A DNA stretch of 29,683 nt. Origin: Spirochaetaceae bacterium. Lineage in GTDB: Bacteria; Spirochaetota; Spirochaetia; B11-G9. The notes beneath the pieces are model-generated. The model did not search any database, had not been told where the DNA came from, and was given only the letters and a program-made list of their open reading frames with translations. This document shows positions 1 through 11,160 of this stretch, piece after piece. How positions within the stretch are numbered: the first letter of the stretch is position 1; the number at the start of each line of letters is the position of its first letter. A program made the translations under genes and the position numbers. The DNA is taken from NCBI GenBank assembly GCA_030643345.1, contig DAOWMA010000001.1, forward strand, positions 1 through 29,683. The letters run 5' to 3'.

Positions 1-722
1 GTTTCTTCAATCTTATAGGCTGCATTATTTGAGAATAATCTAATTTGATCACCAGTTGATAATCTCCCTTCGAACACCCTTATATGTATAATTACACCTC
101 TATAAGGATCATAATGAGAATCAAAGATTAATGCTTGAAGAGGGTTATCAGCATCACCCTTAGGCGGTGGTATATACTCCACAAGAGATTCAAGCAGGTC
201 CTCTACACCGGACCCTGTCTTTGCTGAAATAGGTACAGCAATATCAGGATCAAGTCCAAGTTCATGATCTATTTGATGCTTTACAAAATCTATGTCGGCA
301 CTTGCAAGATCAATTTTATTTATAACAGGTATTATCTCGAGATCATGTTCGATAGCCATATACATATTTGCAAGTGTTTGAGCTTCCACCCCCTGAGTTG
401 CATCAATCAAAAGAAGAGCACCTTCACATGAAGAGATGGCTCGTGAGACTTCATACGAAAAATCAACATGTCCGGGTGTATCAACCAGATTTAAAATATA
501 TTCTTCTCCAGCTGAGTTCGTAAAAGGAATAGTGACAGCCTGGGATTTTATGGTAATACCACGTTCTCTCTCAATATCCATACTGTCAAGAAGCTGATTT
601 TTAAATTTTCTCTCATCTACAATTCCGGCTAATTCAATGAATCTATCAGCAAGAGTAGATTTCCCATGGTCAATATGTGCAATTATGCAGAAATTCCTTA
701 TTCTGCTTTTATCTGTTTCCAT
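1..722 (-). CDS. lepA: Elongation factor 4 (LepA), N-terminal part; runs off the left edge of the window
   Basis: Not in the ORF track; translated by hand from ATG at 722: [27 protein letters not shown]...[19 protein letters not shown]...[40 protein letters not shown]...NKID. These are the LepA G-domain signatures. Confidence 0.97.
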   Translation of the reverse strand, partial: METDKSRIRNFCIIAHIDHGKSTLADRFIELAGIVDERKFKNQLLDSMDIERERGITIKSQAVTIPFTNSAGEEYILNLVDTPGHVDFSYEVSRAISSCEGALLLIDATQGVEAQTLANMYMAIEHDLEIIPVINKIDLASADIDFVKHQIDHELGLDPDIAVPISAKTGSGVEDLLESLVEYIPPPKGDADNPLQALIFDSHYDPYRGVIIHIRVFEGRLSTGDQIRLFSNNAAYKIEE

Positions 723-764
723 TATTATTTCCCGATATTCTCTGAATAGTGAGAGTTGAAGATA

Positions 765-2312
765 TTACGAATCCGGCATACCGTCAAGTGCATGTCTTAC
801 CATTGTTAAAAGATCTACAGTTTCAAATGGTTTAGGTAGAAACCCACCTCCTTCAATGTCTACACCCTTTTTTTTCACAACTTTACTCTCATATCCTGAA
901 ATATAGATCGTTTTAAATTCCTTGCCCATAGAATGGAGTCTGTCCGAAAGCTTTTTACCATTCATTAAAGGCATAAAAACATCTGCAATAAGTAAATCAA
1001 ATACCATATTATCATTTTCTGAAATAAGTAAAACTTCTCCGGGATTTGAAGCTTCTATAGTTTGATAACCATTTACAGAAAGCATTCTTACTACTATTTT
1101 CCTAACATCATCCTCATCTTCAACGATAAGGATAGTTTCGTCCCCTTTAAGTTTTTCAATTTGTTCTTCCGGTTTTTTTATTGGTAAAGTCTTTTCTGCA
1201 GTTGTTTCCAGATAAATTGTAAAGATAGTCCCTTTCCCATTTTCTGATTCAACATCAATATATCCACCACTTTGTTTAATAACTCCATACACAGTCGAAA
1301 GGCCAAGACCTGTCCCCTTGTTTACTGATTTTGTTGTAAAAAAGGGATCAAAAATGTGCTCTATATTCTCCGCCGGAATACCGATGCCATTATCTTTAAC
1401 ACTAATAGCAACATAATTCCCTTTAGGCACTAAACCAGTGGTAACAAGTAGATTAGCATCTAATCGGCATATCCTTGAATTTATTACAAGGTAACCACCC
1501 TCCTGCATTGCATCTTTTGCATTGAGAACAAGATTAAGTACAACCTGTTCAATTTGTGCCTGATCAATAAATACTGCCTGATACTCGTCAGCAGCAATAA
1601 TACTTAATGATATATTCTCGGGCAGGAGCCTGTTAATCATTCTTGATACATTTTCAATAATAATATTTATCTCAACAATTTCAGGATTTAACACCTGTTT
1701 TCTGCTGAATGCAAGCAGATGCTTTGTTAATGAATTGGCCTTAAGGGCTGCATTTCGGATACCATTAATTTCAGAAATAATATTCTCTCCATGAATAATT
1801 TTGTCCTCAATTAAAGTTGAATATCCGAGTATAACTGTCAATATATTGTTAAAATCATGTGCAATACCACCGGCCAAATCACCCACTGCTTTCATTTTTT
1901 CTGATTGTCTTAATTGTTGTTCAAGCTTACTTAGTTCATACTTCATCTTCGTACGATACAGTGCCATTTCTATAGCAACCCGTAGATTATTTGCCCCAAA
2001 TGGTTTTATCAGGTAACCAAAAGGTTCTACATGTTTTGCTCTTTCAATAATACCTTCATCTGAATATGCTGAAAGAATAATAAAGGGAATATTATATTTT
2101 TCATTTATAATAGCAGCAGTATCAATTCCGTCCAGAGGTCCCTGAAGCTTGATATCCATAATAATCAAATCCGGAATAAAATCTTTAATCTTTTCCAAAA
2201 CTTCTTCCCCGGAGGGAACGATTCCAGCAACAGAGTAACCTATTTTTTCAAGATTATTTTTAAGGTCCAGAGCAACAATGGCCTCATCTTCAACTATGAA
2301 TATACTAATCAT
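765..2312 (-). CDS. Cytoplasmic hybrid histidine kinase (REC-HisKA-HATPase-REC)
   Basis: N-terminal REC (IVEDE, MDIKL, KP), H-box GGIAHDFNNIL, N/G boxes (NLVLNAKDAM, DNGIG, FFTTK, GTGLGL), C-terminal REC (IVEDE, ADVFMP, KP). No TM or sensor domain visible. Confidence 0.92.
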   Translation of the reverse strand: MISIFIVEDEAIVALDLKNNLEKIGYSVAGIVPSGEEVLEKIKDFIPDLIIMDIKLQGPLDGIDTAAIINEKYNIPFIILSAYSDEGIIERAKHVEPFGYLIKPFGANNLRVAIEMALYRTKMKYELSKLEQQLRQSEKMKAVGDLAGGIAHDFNNILTVILGYSTLIEDKIIHGENIISEINGIRNAALKANSLTKHLLAFSRKQVLNPEIVEINIIIENVSRMINRLLPENISLSIIAADEYQAVFIDQAQIEQVVLNLVLNAKDAMQEGGYLVINSRICRLDANLLVTTGLVPKGNYVAISVKDNGIGIPAENIEHIFDPFFTTKSVNKGTGLGLSTVYGVIKQSGGYIDVESENGKGTIFTIYLETTAEKTLPIKKPEEQIEKLKGDETILIVEDEDDVRKIVVRMLSVNGYQTIEASNPGEVLLISENDNMVFDLLIADVFMPLMNGKKLSDRLHSMGKEFKTIYISGYESKVVKKKGVDIEGGGFLPKPFETVDLLTMVRHALDGMPDS

Positions 2313-2330
2313 CCCGGTCCCCTGTATTAA

Positions 2331-2975
2331 TTATTGATTATTCAATCTCCACTCAGTTGCAAATTGTATTAACCTGGTTGAATCTTTTATATTTAACTTT
2401 GTTTTAATATGAGATTTATATGTTTCAATAGTTTTTATACTAAGAAAAAGATCTTCCGCTATCTTTTTTGTTGTAATACCATGTCCAACCATTTCAAAAA
2501 CTTCAAATTCGCGATCGCTTAACAGCTCAACTGCAGGTATAGAATTGTTATTCCCTGAAACAATTTTGTTAAGCATTTTTTTCTGCATATTGGGACTTAG
2601 ATAAATTCCACCATCAAGGACCTGATGTATTGCAGTTAAAATAGACTCTGTTGCTTCACTTTTCATTATATAGCCTTTTGCTCCTGCACGTATAACCCTT
2701 TCAGCATAAACATTTTCATCATGGAGCGAGACAACAATTATCATCATTGAAGGATACAGCTTTTTTATATCCTTTATAAGCTCAAGTCCACTTCCCCCTT
2801 TTAAAGAGAGATCAATGAGAACAAGATCAGGTTTTTCTCTTTCCAGGATTTCATGAGCAATAAAGGTAGTTTCAGCTTCACCAACTGTACAGATATCCTC
2901 TTCAAAGTTGATAAGCTGCACCATACCCCTTCTTACGATAGGATGGTCTTCAACTATTACAATTTTTTTCTTCAT
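2331..2975 (-). CDS. NarL/FixJ-family response regulator (REC + LuxR HTH)
   Basis: IVEDHPIVRRG, LIDLSL, GAKGYIMK, C-terminal LSDREFEVFEMVGHG...IAEDLFLSIKTIETYKSHIKTKL. Confidence 0.95.
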   Translation of the reverse strand: MKKKIVIVEDHPIVRRGMVQLINFEEDICTVGEAETTFIAHEILEREKPDLVLIDLSLKGGSGLELIKDIKKLYPSMMIIVVSLHDENVYAERVIRAGAKGYIMKSEATESILTAIHQVLDGGIYLSPNMQKKMLNKIVSGNNNSIPAVELLSDREFEVFEMVGHGITTKKIAEDLFLSIKTIETYKSHIKTKLNIKDSTRLIQFATEWRLNNQ

Positions 2976-2982
2976 TAAAGCC

Positions 2983-4392
2983 TCATGACTGCATTATGGG
3001 TACTCTGCAAGTTACTTTCGTACCTTCTCCCTTATTTCCAATAATCGTTATTTTCCCGTCAATTACATTTGTCCGGTATTTTAGAATACTCAACCCTAAT
3101 CCTTTTCTATTATTTGCGCTGTCAATAAATTGTCCGGTACCATTATCAGATATCTGTAAACATATCTCTGAATCCTTTACTGTCAAAGACAGTTTAATAA
3201 TAGACGCATTAGAATGTTTTATAGAATTCGTAAGTGCTTCCTGAGCAATATGATATAACTGGGTAATGGTGGTATTCTTTTTTATAATCATATCAGTTTC
3301 TTCATCGATTTCATACATTATATCAATACCGTAGAGATTCACATAAAAGGATATCAGTTCCTCCAGAGCAGCAGATATCCCTTGATTTTTAATATTTCCA
3401 CTTATAAGATTTCTGGCCAGATTTTTTGTCAAATTAACAGCATCTTTCGTATCCATAGTAATATTATGGACCATATCTGCTTCTGTTGACAAATCTTTAT
3501 ACCGAAGACTATTCTCGAGGACCTTTAACTGGAACATAAGCCCGGTTAAATGCTGACCCAGATTATCATGAAGATCCCGGCCTATTCTACGACTTTCTTT
3601 TTCTGATATTTTAAGAATTTCTTTTTCCATATGCCTCTTTTCAGTTATATCATGGGCAATAATAGAAACACCTGTTATCTTTTCCAGATTATTCTTAATT
3701 GGAGAGATTTTTAATGAAATATTCAGGATTTCTCCCTTCTTGTTCTGCCTGACTGTATCGTAATGATCTATTTCAATACCCATTTTCACCCTGTCCAGAT
3801 TCCCGGGTATCTCATTGGGGAATGAGTCAGGTGTAAGAATAGATAATTTTTTTCCAATTACCTCATGTAACTCATATCCAAAAATATCAAAAGCTCCTTT
3901 ATTCCAGCTTATTATAGTTCCATCCATGGTTGCACCAATAACAGCATCATTAATGCTCTTTAAAGTTACTGATAAAAGCTCCTCTTTCTCCCTTACCTCC
4001 GCTTCCATTTTACTTCGGTAAATAGCCATTTCTATAGTGGTATATAGATTTTTTAAATTGGTTGTTTTTGCAATAAAACCATAGGCTCCGGTTTTTTTTG
4101 CTCTGGAAATTGTTACTTCATCAGAGAGTGACGTTAAATAAATAACTGGAATATAATATTTACGTCCTATCTCCTTTGCAGTCTCAATGCCATCCATATC
4201 ACCTTTAATACGAATATCCATTAAAACCAGGTCCGGAGCAGTATTTACTAAAATTTCAAGAGCTTTATTACCTGTACATGCATAAGGAAGAACGTTATAA
4301 CCCAATTTACGAAGCCTTGATATAAGACCTTCAGCTATAATAACCTCATCCTCTACGACCAGTATTGTATTTTTTTCGAATTCGCCTTCCAA
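2983..4392 (-). CDS. Cytoplasmic histidine kinase REC-PAS-HisKA_3-HATPase (NarX/UhpB type)
   Basis: REC (VVEDE, MDIRI), PAS (DAVIGATMDGTIISWNKGAFDIFGY), HisKA_3 H-box IGRDLHDNLGQ, QEALTNSIKHS, DNGTG, GLGL. TTG start. Confidence 0.9.
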   Translation of the reverse strand: MEGEFEKNTILVVEDEVIIAEGLISRLRKLGYNVLPYACTGNKALEILVNTAPDLVLMDIRIKGDMDGIETAKEIGRKYYIPVIYLTSLSDEVTISRAKKTGAYGFIAKTTNLKNLYTTIEMAIYRSKMEAEVREKEELLSVTLKSINDAVIGATMDGTIISWNKGAFDIFGYELHEVIGKKLSILTPDSFPNEIPGNLDRVKMGIEIDHYDTVRQNKKGEILNISLKISPIKNNLEKITGVSIIAHDITEKRHMEKEILKISEKESRRIGRDLHDNLGQHLTGLMFQLKVLENSLRYKDLSTEADMVHNITMDTKDAVNLTKNLARNLISGNIKNQGISAALEELISFYVNLYGIDIMYEIDEETDMIIKKNTTITQLYHIAQEALTNSIKHSNASIIKLSLTVKDSEICLQISDNGTGQFIDSANNRKGLGLSILKYRTNVIDGKITIIGNKGEGTKVTCRVPIMQS

Positions 4393-4413
4393 GTTACACC
4401 CATTCTGATAAAA

Positions 4414-6180
4414 TTAAATAAAATTAGAGGTCCCTAAATAAGCACCTAACTGAACACCACTTTCAAGAAAACCGGCCTTTCTTTTCTTTATTCTTATCTG
4501 CATTATAATAAGTTTCTGATCATCAATTACTTCCCATTTTTTTATGCTGAAAGGATCATTTACTGAAAGACCTGTTTCATCAGCAATAGTCCCTGGAAAA
4601 ACATCAGTAACAATATATTCTGAACCAAAAATAGATTCAGAAATACTGTTTACGGTCATACCAAATACAGGTGGAATAAGATTTTCTTTTACATCAATTT
4701 GTGATGCTTCAAGAAGCGGAAAATCCGGTCTGCTTCCCAAAGCTATTATACCGGACATCTTCACTCCATCACTAATCCAATCCATCTGTATTGCCATATC
4801 AGGTTCCAACTTAAGAAAAATTTTATTTACATCTTCAATTTTCTTTATTTTATTACCCATTATATTTGTAATAATATCGTTATCCTTCAAACCGGCTCTG
4901 GATCCGTTACCTCCCGGTATTTTATAAATGACTCGAAGTCCCTCATCATCCTCTTTAACAGCCAGGCCAAGAAATGGGTGGCTAACACGCCCTCCCTTAT
5001 ATAATGATGGAATAAGGGGAACCAGGAACTCTCCCGGAATAGCAAAATTAATACCCTCAAATTGCTCAATTCCAGCAAAAACAACTCCTACAAGTTCACC
5101 ATCAGAATCAATCAAAGGGCCTCCACTGTTTCCATGGTTAATAGGAACATCAACCTGAATAACACTGCCCATTTGAAGAAATTTGCGCCCGGAAGCACTG
5201 ATAATCCCGGATGTTATTGTATTTTCCAACCCACCAGGTGATCCTATTGCAATAATAGGGGTACCTGGATAATACTCTTTCCCTTCTGAAAATGAGAAAA
5301 TTATTTCCGGTTCAATTTCAACCTTCAATAAAGCAATATCAAAAGCTTTATCCCATCCAACTACTTTTGCAGGTATTTTCTTATCAGGTTCATCCCAAAG
5401 ACGTATATACAAACGCGAAAAGCCTTCAAATTCAGGATCAACTTCACTCTCTATAACATGATAGTTTGTAAGAAGGTAACCATTCTTATCTATAAAAAAA
5501 CCGCTGCCAATGACACCGTCAGGGATTCCTATACCGCTTTCAATCCTCATTCCGCGATTAACCCATATAGTAACTGTACCCTTCAGAAAATCGATTTTTC
5601 GAAGATCATTGTTAAAATTTTCCGGATTCATGCCTAAATCCAGTGAACGGCTGGAAGATTCCTTAAGCAGTTTCCTGATAAAACTCTTATCACCTCCAGC
5701 CCTTACCAAATCCATTAATTTAATAATCTCCATATCTGTTAGTAAACTAAGATTAAGATCATTCCTGGCTATAGATGATTTCAATGCAGCAGAAACTTTT
5801 TTATCATCATTAAATAACATAGAACTTATTAGAAGATTATAGTTCCAATCTCCTGATAATTCTATATTTGCCTGTTCAGCTGTAAGAAACAATGAAGCAG
5901 CCTTTAAAAAATTTTTTTCTTCTATCTCCCTGGTGAAAAGTTTATTAATCAATAAAGAAGCCTTATTAAATAAGATTTCTGTCTGCTTTTTATCATCATC
6001 TGTACCTGTACGTTTTAGAGTTGAGATATCCTGTAAAACACAAGCAATCTTTTCTTCCCTTATATTATTTTCTATTTTTGCAATTGTTAAATCTTCAAGA
6101 GATTGCATATCTACACGGGAAGGACCAATGGCACATGAAATTATTAATGGTAGTGCAACAATAAAAAGAGTAAATTTCAT
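4414..6180 (-). CDS. S1C (HtrA/DegP-like) serine protease lipoprotein with PDZ domain(s)
   Basis: Signal peptide with spirochaetal lipobox ...PLIISC; catalytic triad motifs LTNYHVI, DIALLK, INHGNSGGPL; PDZ-like FLGLAV...RAGLKDNDII. Confidence 0.9.
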   Translation of the reverse strand: MKFTLFIVALPLIISCAIGPSRVDMQSLEDLTIAKIENNIREEKIACVLQDISTLKRTGTDDDKKQTEILFNKASLLINKLFTREIEEKNFLKAASLFLTAEQANIELSGDWNYNLLISSMLFNDDKKVSAALKSSIARNDLNLSLLTDMEIIKLMDLVRAGGDKSFIRKLLKESSSRSLDLGMNPENFNNDLRKIDFLKGTVTIWVNRGMRIESGIGIPDGVIGSGFFIDKNGYLLTNYHVIESEVDPEFEGFSRLYIRLWDEPDKKIPAKVVGWDKAFDIALLKVEIEPEIIFSFSEGKEYYPGTPIIAIGSPGGLENTITSGIISASGRKFLQMGSVIQVDVPINHGNSGGPLIDSDGELVGVVFAGIEQFEGINFAIPGEFLVPLIPSLYKGGRVSHPFLGLAVKEDDEGLRVIYKIPGGNGSRAGLKDNDIITNIMGNKIKKIEDVNKIFLKLEPDMAIQMDWISDGVKMSGIIALGSRPDFPLLEASQIDVKENLIPPVFGMTVNSISESIFGSEYIVTDVFPGTIADETGLSVNDPFSIKKWEVIDDQKLIIMQIRIKKRKAGFLESGVQLGAYLGTSNFI

Positions 6181-6182
6181 AA

Positions 6183-7838
6183 TTATTTTATATCTCCATT
6201 AATCTCAAAAATTGTATCAAAATCCCCATTGAGTTCAGTTGACAATTCTTTGTAGATGATTCCATTTTCATAGCGCTCCCGTGAATCCACTAACCCGTCC
6301 TCATTAAAATCCCAGTTTCGTACAAAACCATTCTTATAGTCTTCTATATATTCTGGAATACCATTGTTATTTACATCAAATAAAACAGTTTGAAGTAATC
6401 CATCCTTGTATTTATATGTAGTATCGAATACACCATCACTGTCTAAATCTCTAAAAACTGTAATAAGAACAGAGTTCATAAAATGTCGTTCTATTACCCT
6501 TACTCCATCAGAATTAAAAATATTTTCAATACTTTCATCCGCTCCCATCCAAACATATTTTGACTCTAAACCTTTATCAAAATTATTTACACTTTTTTCA
6601 GCAGACGCAGCGGTTAAAACGCTGCTGTCAGGTAAACTGATGTTATCCAGAATAGACGGGACATCTTTTATAATATCCAAAGGAATTTTTATTATATCCA
6701 GTGAAAGTGAATATGGAACTAATTGATATTCAATTTGTGATTTATCATCAGATACAGTAACATGTATAAGGTTTGGATATGATTTGTAAGAAAAAGTAAT
6801 TGTTTTTCCCATCTCTTTAATTTCAAGTCTAACAGAAGACTCTTTCCACTCTACTGCATAATTAGTATTCTGATTACTGTTAAAACTAAAAGAAATCAGA
6901 TTCCCCATATTATACAAAGCCTCAGTGTCAGGAAAACCATTATTATCAATATCATAATTTATAGTTAATTTTATCAAACCAAGTTGTTTTAAAAATAACT
7001 GCTTATTTTTCTCATCTGAGAGAAGATTATAAACTCTGATTAATTCCTTATGATCAACAACAGAATTCTCAGGATACAGCTCCTCCAGAAGTTTTCCCAG
7101 CATGTCAGTTCTATTACAGATAGTACTAATCCTGTAAAAACGGTCCTCACCCCAGCGGTTCTTATAATAATCTACAAGAAAACCGCATTTTGATGAATCT
7201 CTGATTATAAGCTGAACTACATCTTTTGAAAAATAATCTGATGGATCGCCAGAAATGAGAATCTTTTCTGCCTTTAAACGCCATTCATGATCGTAGACAG
7301 CCATTATCAACTGTGGATACCTATCGTAAGGAGCAGCTTCAAGAAGATTCTCTGCTGCTTCTAAAGCTTCGACAATCTTTCCAAGGCCAAGAGCCAGTCG
7401 TATAAATATTTCAGTAGAAAATGAACTATTAGGCAGATCATTACTAAAAGGAAGTAAATTAATATAGGCTGATTCAATATCTCCTGTCTGGTACATATAT
7501 TTCGATAAATATGCCCTGGCTGTCATCTCGTTAAAATACTTCCATTTATCTGCAATTATTGCATTAGAAAGATCACTGGCAGAAGAGTCTTTAACCCCGG
7601 ACATCCGGCCTGATACCCCTCTGATAAAAAGAGCATCAGAGCTTGTATTAAAAAACATTAAAGAAATATCCGCAAGGGAATATGCTTCCTCATAATTACC
7701 GGAACCAAACAACTCTACAGCATGCTCCAGGTATATACCTGCAAGCAAATCATCAGGGGCCTTATCAGCTACAGCTGATATCATGGAGAAAGAAAACAGG
7801 TAAAAAATCACCATTAACAAAAATAATCTTTTATTCAT
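6183..7838 (-). CDS. Exported TPR-like protein with C-terminal DxDxDG-like repeats
   Basis: N-terminal signal peptide, helical TPR-like region, then repeated DIDNNG / DLDSDG / DVNNNG / DFNEDG motifs. Confidence 0.6.
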   Translation of the reverse strand: MNKRLFLLMVIFYLFSFSMISAVADKAPDDLLAGIYLEHAVELFGSGNYEEAYSLADISLMFFNTSSDALFIRGVSGRMSGVKDSSASDLSNAIIADKWKYFNEMTARAYLSKYMYQTGDIESAYINLLPFSNDLPNSSFSTEIFIRLALGLGKIVEALEAAENLLEAAPYDRYPQLIMAVYDHEWRLKAEKILISGDPSDYFSKDVVQLIIRDSSKCGFLVDYYKNRWGEDRFYRISTICNRTDMLGKLLEELYPENSVVDHKELIRVYNLLSDEKNKQLFLKQLGLIKLTINYDIDNNGFPDTEALYNMGNLISFSFNSNQNTNYAVEWKESSVRLEIKEMGKTITFSYKSYPNLIHVTVSDDKSQIEYQLVPYSLSLDIIKIPLDIIKDVPSILDNISLPDSSVLTAASAEKSVNNFDKGLESKYVWMGADESIENIFNSDGVRVIERHFMNSVLITVFRDLDSDGVFDTTYKYKDGLLQTVLFDVNNNGIPEYIEDYKNGFVRNWDFNEDGLVDSRERYENGIIYKELSTELNGDFDTIFEINGDIK

Positions 7839-7844
7839 ACTGAT

Positions 7845-7872
7845 ACTCTACCACAAATCAGATACAATTCAA
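7845..7872 (-). promoter_or_regulatory. Putative sigma70 promoter for the TPR-HtrA genes
   Basis: Minus strand TTGAAT-N16-TAGAGT with TG extension (TGgTAGAGT), 6 nt before the ATG at 7838. Confidence 0.4.
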
Positions 7873-7882
7873 AACAGGAATT

Positions 7883-9760
7883 TTATTCAGCCTTTCCTTT
7901 TTTGGTATCTTCTATGCCAATAAGCAACTTAATATCTTTATCATCCAATGTTTCTTTAGAAATCAGCTCTTCAGCAATTAATTTTAACTGGTCCAGATTA
8001 TCTGTCAGGATTTTACGGGTAGCGGCAAGAGATTCATCAAGAATCATTGCAATTTCAGTATCAATCTTTTTGGCAGTTTCTTCAGAATAATCTTTATGTC
8101 TTGCAATTTCTTTCCCGATAAAGATAGGTTCTTCCTCCTGACCAAAAGATATAAATTTAAAAGTATCTGACATACCCCATTCAGTAACCATACGACGGGC
8201 TATATTTGTTGCCTGCTGAATATCATTTTGAGTTCCGGTTGTTGTCTGTCCATAGATAATTTCTTCGGCAATATACCCACCCATAGTAATTTTAATTCTA
8301 TCAAGAAGCCAGCTTTTATCCTTGGAATATGATTCCTTTTCAGGAAGAGATATGGCCATACCCATGGCACGCCCTCTTGGGATTATAGTAACCTTATGAA
8401 GAGGGTCAGTATGTTGAAGATGATAATGGAGCAATGCATGCCCGGCTTCATGATATGCTGTAGCTCTTTTGTCTTCAACAGAAATAATTTTCGATTTACG
8501 TGCAATACCCATAAGCAATTTATCTCTTGCTTCTTCAAGGTGTTCTAAACTTACAGTCTTGGAATCTTCTCTGGCTGCAAAAAGTGCCGCCTCATTTACA
8601 AGATTTGCCAAATCTGCTCCGGACATACCAGGTGTAGCTTTTGCAATTCTGTTTATATCAACATTCTTAGTAAGGGGAATCTTTTTTGAATGGATTATTA
8701 GAATAGCTTCACGCTCCCTAACATCAGGAAGATCAACAACAACCTGTCTGTCAAACCTACCTGGTCTAAGTAATGCCGGGTCAAGAACATCAGGCCTGTT
8801 TGTAGCAGCAATAATGATTACACCGGTTTTTGTATCAAAACCATCCATTTCAACAAGCATCTGATTAAGAGTCTGCTCTCTTTCATCATTCCCACCACCA
8901 TATCCGGCACCTCTCGTCCGACCAACGGCATCAAGCTCATCAATAAATATAATACAGGGAGCATTTTTCCGCCCCTGCTCAAACAGATCTCTTACTCTGC
9001 TGGCACCTACACCTACAAACATTTCAACAAAATCGGAACCGGACATATGAAAGAATGGAACTCCTGCTTCTCCGGCTACGGCCTTTGCCATAAGAGTCTT
9101 GCCTGTTCCGGGCATACCTACAAGGAGAACACCCTTAGGTATCTTTGCTCCAATATTTGTAAATTTTGTCGGAGTTTTTAGAAATTCAACAACTTCTGTT
9201 AATTCATATTTAGCTTCGTCCTGTCCGGCCACATCAGCAAAAGTAATATTCTCAAGTTCAGAATGATATTTCTTTGCACGACTCTTGCCAAATGAGAAGG
9301 CTTTATTTCCTCCACCCTGGAACTGACGAAGCATAAACCAGAAAAAACCGACAAACAAAAGCCATGGAAGAAGTTCAAGAATAACCTGACCAACAGAAAC
9401 AGCCTTGGGAGCTCCTGTTATTTTAACTCCCATCTCCCTTAATTGTGACATAAGATGATCATCATAATATGGTATTCTGGTTTTAAAAACTGTATATTCT
9501 CCACCTGAAGCACTTGAAAGGGTCCCATTAATTTCATTACTATCAAGAATCTTAACTGCTTCAATCTCTCCCTGCTCAAGATATGATAAAAAAACCGAAT
9601 ATGGAATTTCAACATCTACACTATTTTCATTCACCATAAAAAGAAGTACAAACATTACTACAAGAGATAATAAGAAGAATAGTGCAAACTTATTCTTGTT
9701 AAAATTAAATTTCATGTTATTAGGTTCTTTATTTTCAGGCGGTTTATTTTCATTATTCAC
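7883..9760 (-). CDS. ftsH: ATP-dependent zinc metalloprotease FtsH
   Basis: Two TM helices, Walker A GMPGTGKT, Walker [34 protein letters not shown] zinc motif. GTG start overlaps the tilS TGA. Confidence 0.98.
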   Translation of the reverse strand: MNNENKPPENKEPNNMKFNFNKNKFALFFLLSLVVMFVLLFMVNENSVDVEIPYSVFLSYLEQGEIEAVKILDSNEINGTLSSASGGEYTVFKTRIPYYDDHLMSQLREMGVKITGAPKAVSVGQVILELLPWLLFVGFFWFMLRQFQGGGNKAFSFGKSRAKKYHSELENITFADVAGQDEAKYELTEVVEFLKTPTKFTNIGAKIPKGVLLVGMPGTGKTLMAKAVAGEAGVPFFHMSGSDFVEMFVGVGASRVRDLFEQGRKNAPCIIFIDELDAVGRTRGAGYGGGNDEREQTLNQMLVEMDGFDTKTGVIIIAATNRPDVLDPALLRPGRFDRQVVVDLPDVREREAILIIHSKKIPLTKNVDINRIAKATPGMSGADLANLVNEAALFAAREDSKTVSLEHLEEARDKLLMGIARKSKIISVEDKRATAYHEAGHALLHYHLQHTDPLHKVTIIPRGRAMGMAISLPEKESYSKDKSWLLDRIKITMGGYIAEEIIYGQTTTGTQNDIQQATNIARRMVTEWGMSDTFKFISFGQEEEPIFIGKEIARHKDYSEETAKKIDTEIAMILDESLAATRKILTDNLDQLKLIAEELISKETLDDKDIKLLIGIEDTKKGKAE

Positions 9761-11160
9761 TTATACATCTCCATATAGCTGGCACTGACAACAAATTTTC
9801 CGCTATCAGGGCTATTGTTCTTGTAAGTTATTGCAATTCTATTTTTAAAACCGAAAGGTTTCCCAATCACGGCAATTATGCCGGATCTGTCTTCAATAAC
9901 TGGAATTTTCCATCTATCTTCCGGTAATACACCCCAATCACTAAATAATTTCTTTATAGGCTTAAAACCTTCTGCTAAATGAATACCATCTCCAGTCATT
10001 TTTGACCTGATAATAACAGGGTTTTTAAGATTCTCTCTGCTAAACCAGACTGTATCTTCCGGAAATTCATTCAATTCTTCAATATGAAGGCTAAAACCCG
10101 GGAATATTTCCTGGTCACCTTCCTCTATCACCTTAAGATAACTTTTTTTGGAGGAAAGGACAACAACTCTTTTCCATATTATCTTCTCTTTATGATGCAA
10201 AAGCTGGCAGTTGTATCCCTGAATTAGAATATTTGATCCACCAACAGGTTTATAGTTGAGTGCTGCACTTATAAATCTATACGACAGGCGGTTAAAGGGT
10301 CTATTTTCCCACATATCCCAGCTTTTATATAGGGTTTCCACCTGCTGATAATCCGGTTTTGCAAAAAAGTCGTCACTGTAAAACCAGGTGTCCCCCCCTT
10401 TTGTTAATTTTACACCCAGTGGAGGATTATTTGAAGTTAATACCGATCTGATACTATCCATTTTTTCTAAAAAAGTTGAAAGCGACTTTCGATATCCGGG
10501 AAATATCTCCGCAATTACAGGGATAAGTTTTAATCTTACCTTATTACGAAGATAAACTGTATCAAGATTGGTTTTATCCACTACATAAGGAATACCATTG
10601 GAATTAATATATTCCATAATCTCATGTTTCTCAAACATAATAAGTGGTCTGATAAAATATTCCCGTTTCTGAGGAATACCTGCCAAACCATGAATACCCG
10701 AACCCTGGAAAAAACGCATGATTAAAGTCTCAAACTGATCATCGAGAGTATGCCCCATTGCGATATGGCTTGCATCAATTTCTATTTTTATTTCTTCAAC
10801 CAGCCTGTATCTGTATTCTCTTGCAATATCTTCAATACTTCGTCCGGTTACTTTCGACTCAGAAGCAATTTCTCCCGGTGCTATATGTCTGATATAGCAG
10901 GGGATGTCAAGTTCAGCTACTATTTTCTCAATTTGAATGTATTCATCTGACATCTCTTTTTCAGATCTTATTCCATGATCAATATAGGCTGCATGAAGGC
11001 TGAACCCTAACGACTTTTGAATATCATTTAGAACCCACAGGAGGGCACTGGAATCAGGGCCGCCTGAGTATGCTACAAGAATTTTACTCTTATCCGATAT
11101 TCCATATTTTCTTAAAAAATCAAGAACTTTTGTTTTAATTGTTTTTTCGGTTATATTCAT
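9757..11160 (-). CDS. tilS: tRNA(Ile)-lysidine synthetase
   Basis: PP-loop VAYSGGPDS, IDHGIR, AREYRY, GHTLDDQFET, RPL, RNKVR; TilS C-terminal domain. Confidence 0.96.
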   Translation of the reverse strand: MNITEKTIKTKVLDFLRKYGISDKSKILVAYSGGPDSSALLWVLNDIQKSLGFSLHAAYIDHGIRSEKEMSDEYIQIEKIVAELDIPCYIRHIAPGEIASESKVTGRSIEDIAREYRYRLVEEIKIEIDASHIAMGHTLDDQFETLIMRFFQGSGIHGLAGIPQKREYFIRPLIMFEKHEIMEYINSNGIPYVVDKTNLDTVYLRNKVRLKLIPVIAEIFPGYRKSLSTFLEKMDSIRSVLTSNNPPLGVKLTKGGDTWFYSDDFFAKPDYQQVETLYKSWDMWENRPFNRLSYRFISAALNYKPVGGSNILIQGYNCQLLHHKEKIIWKRVVVLSSKKSYLKVIEEGDQEIFPGFSLHIEELNEFPEDTVWFSRENLKNPVIIRSKMTGDGIHLAEGFKPIKKLFSDWGVLPEDRWKIPVIEDRSGIIAVIGKPFGFKNRIAITYKNNSPDSGKFVVSASYMEMYK

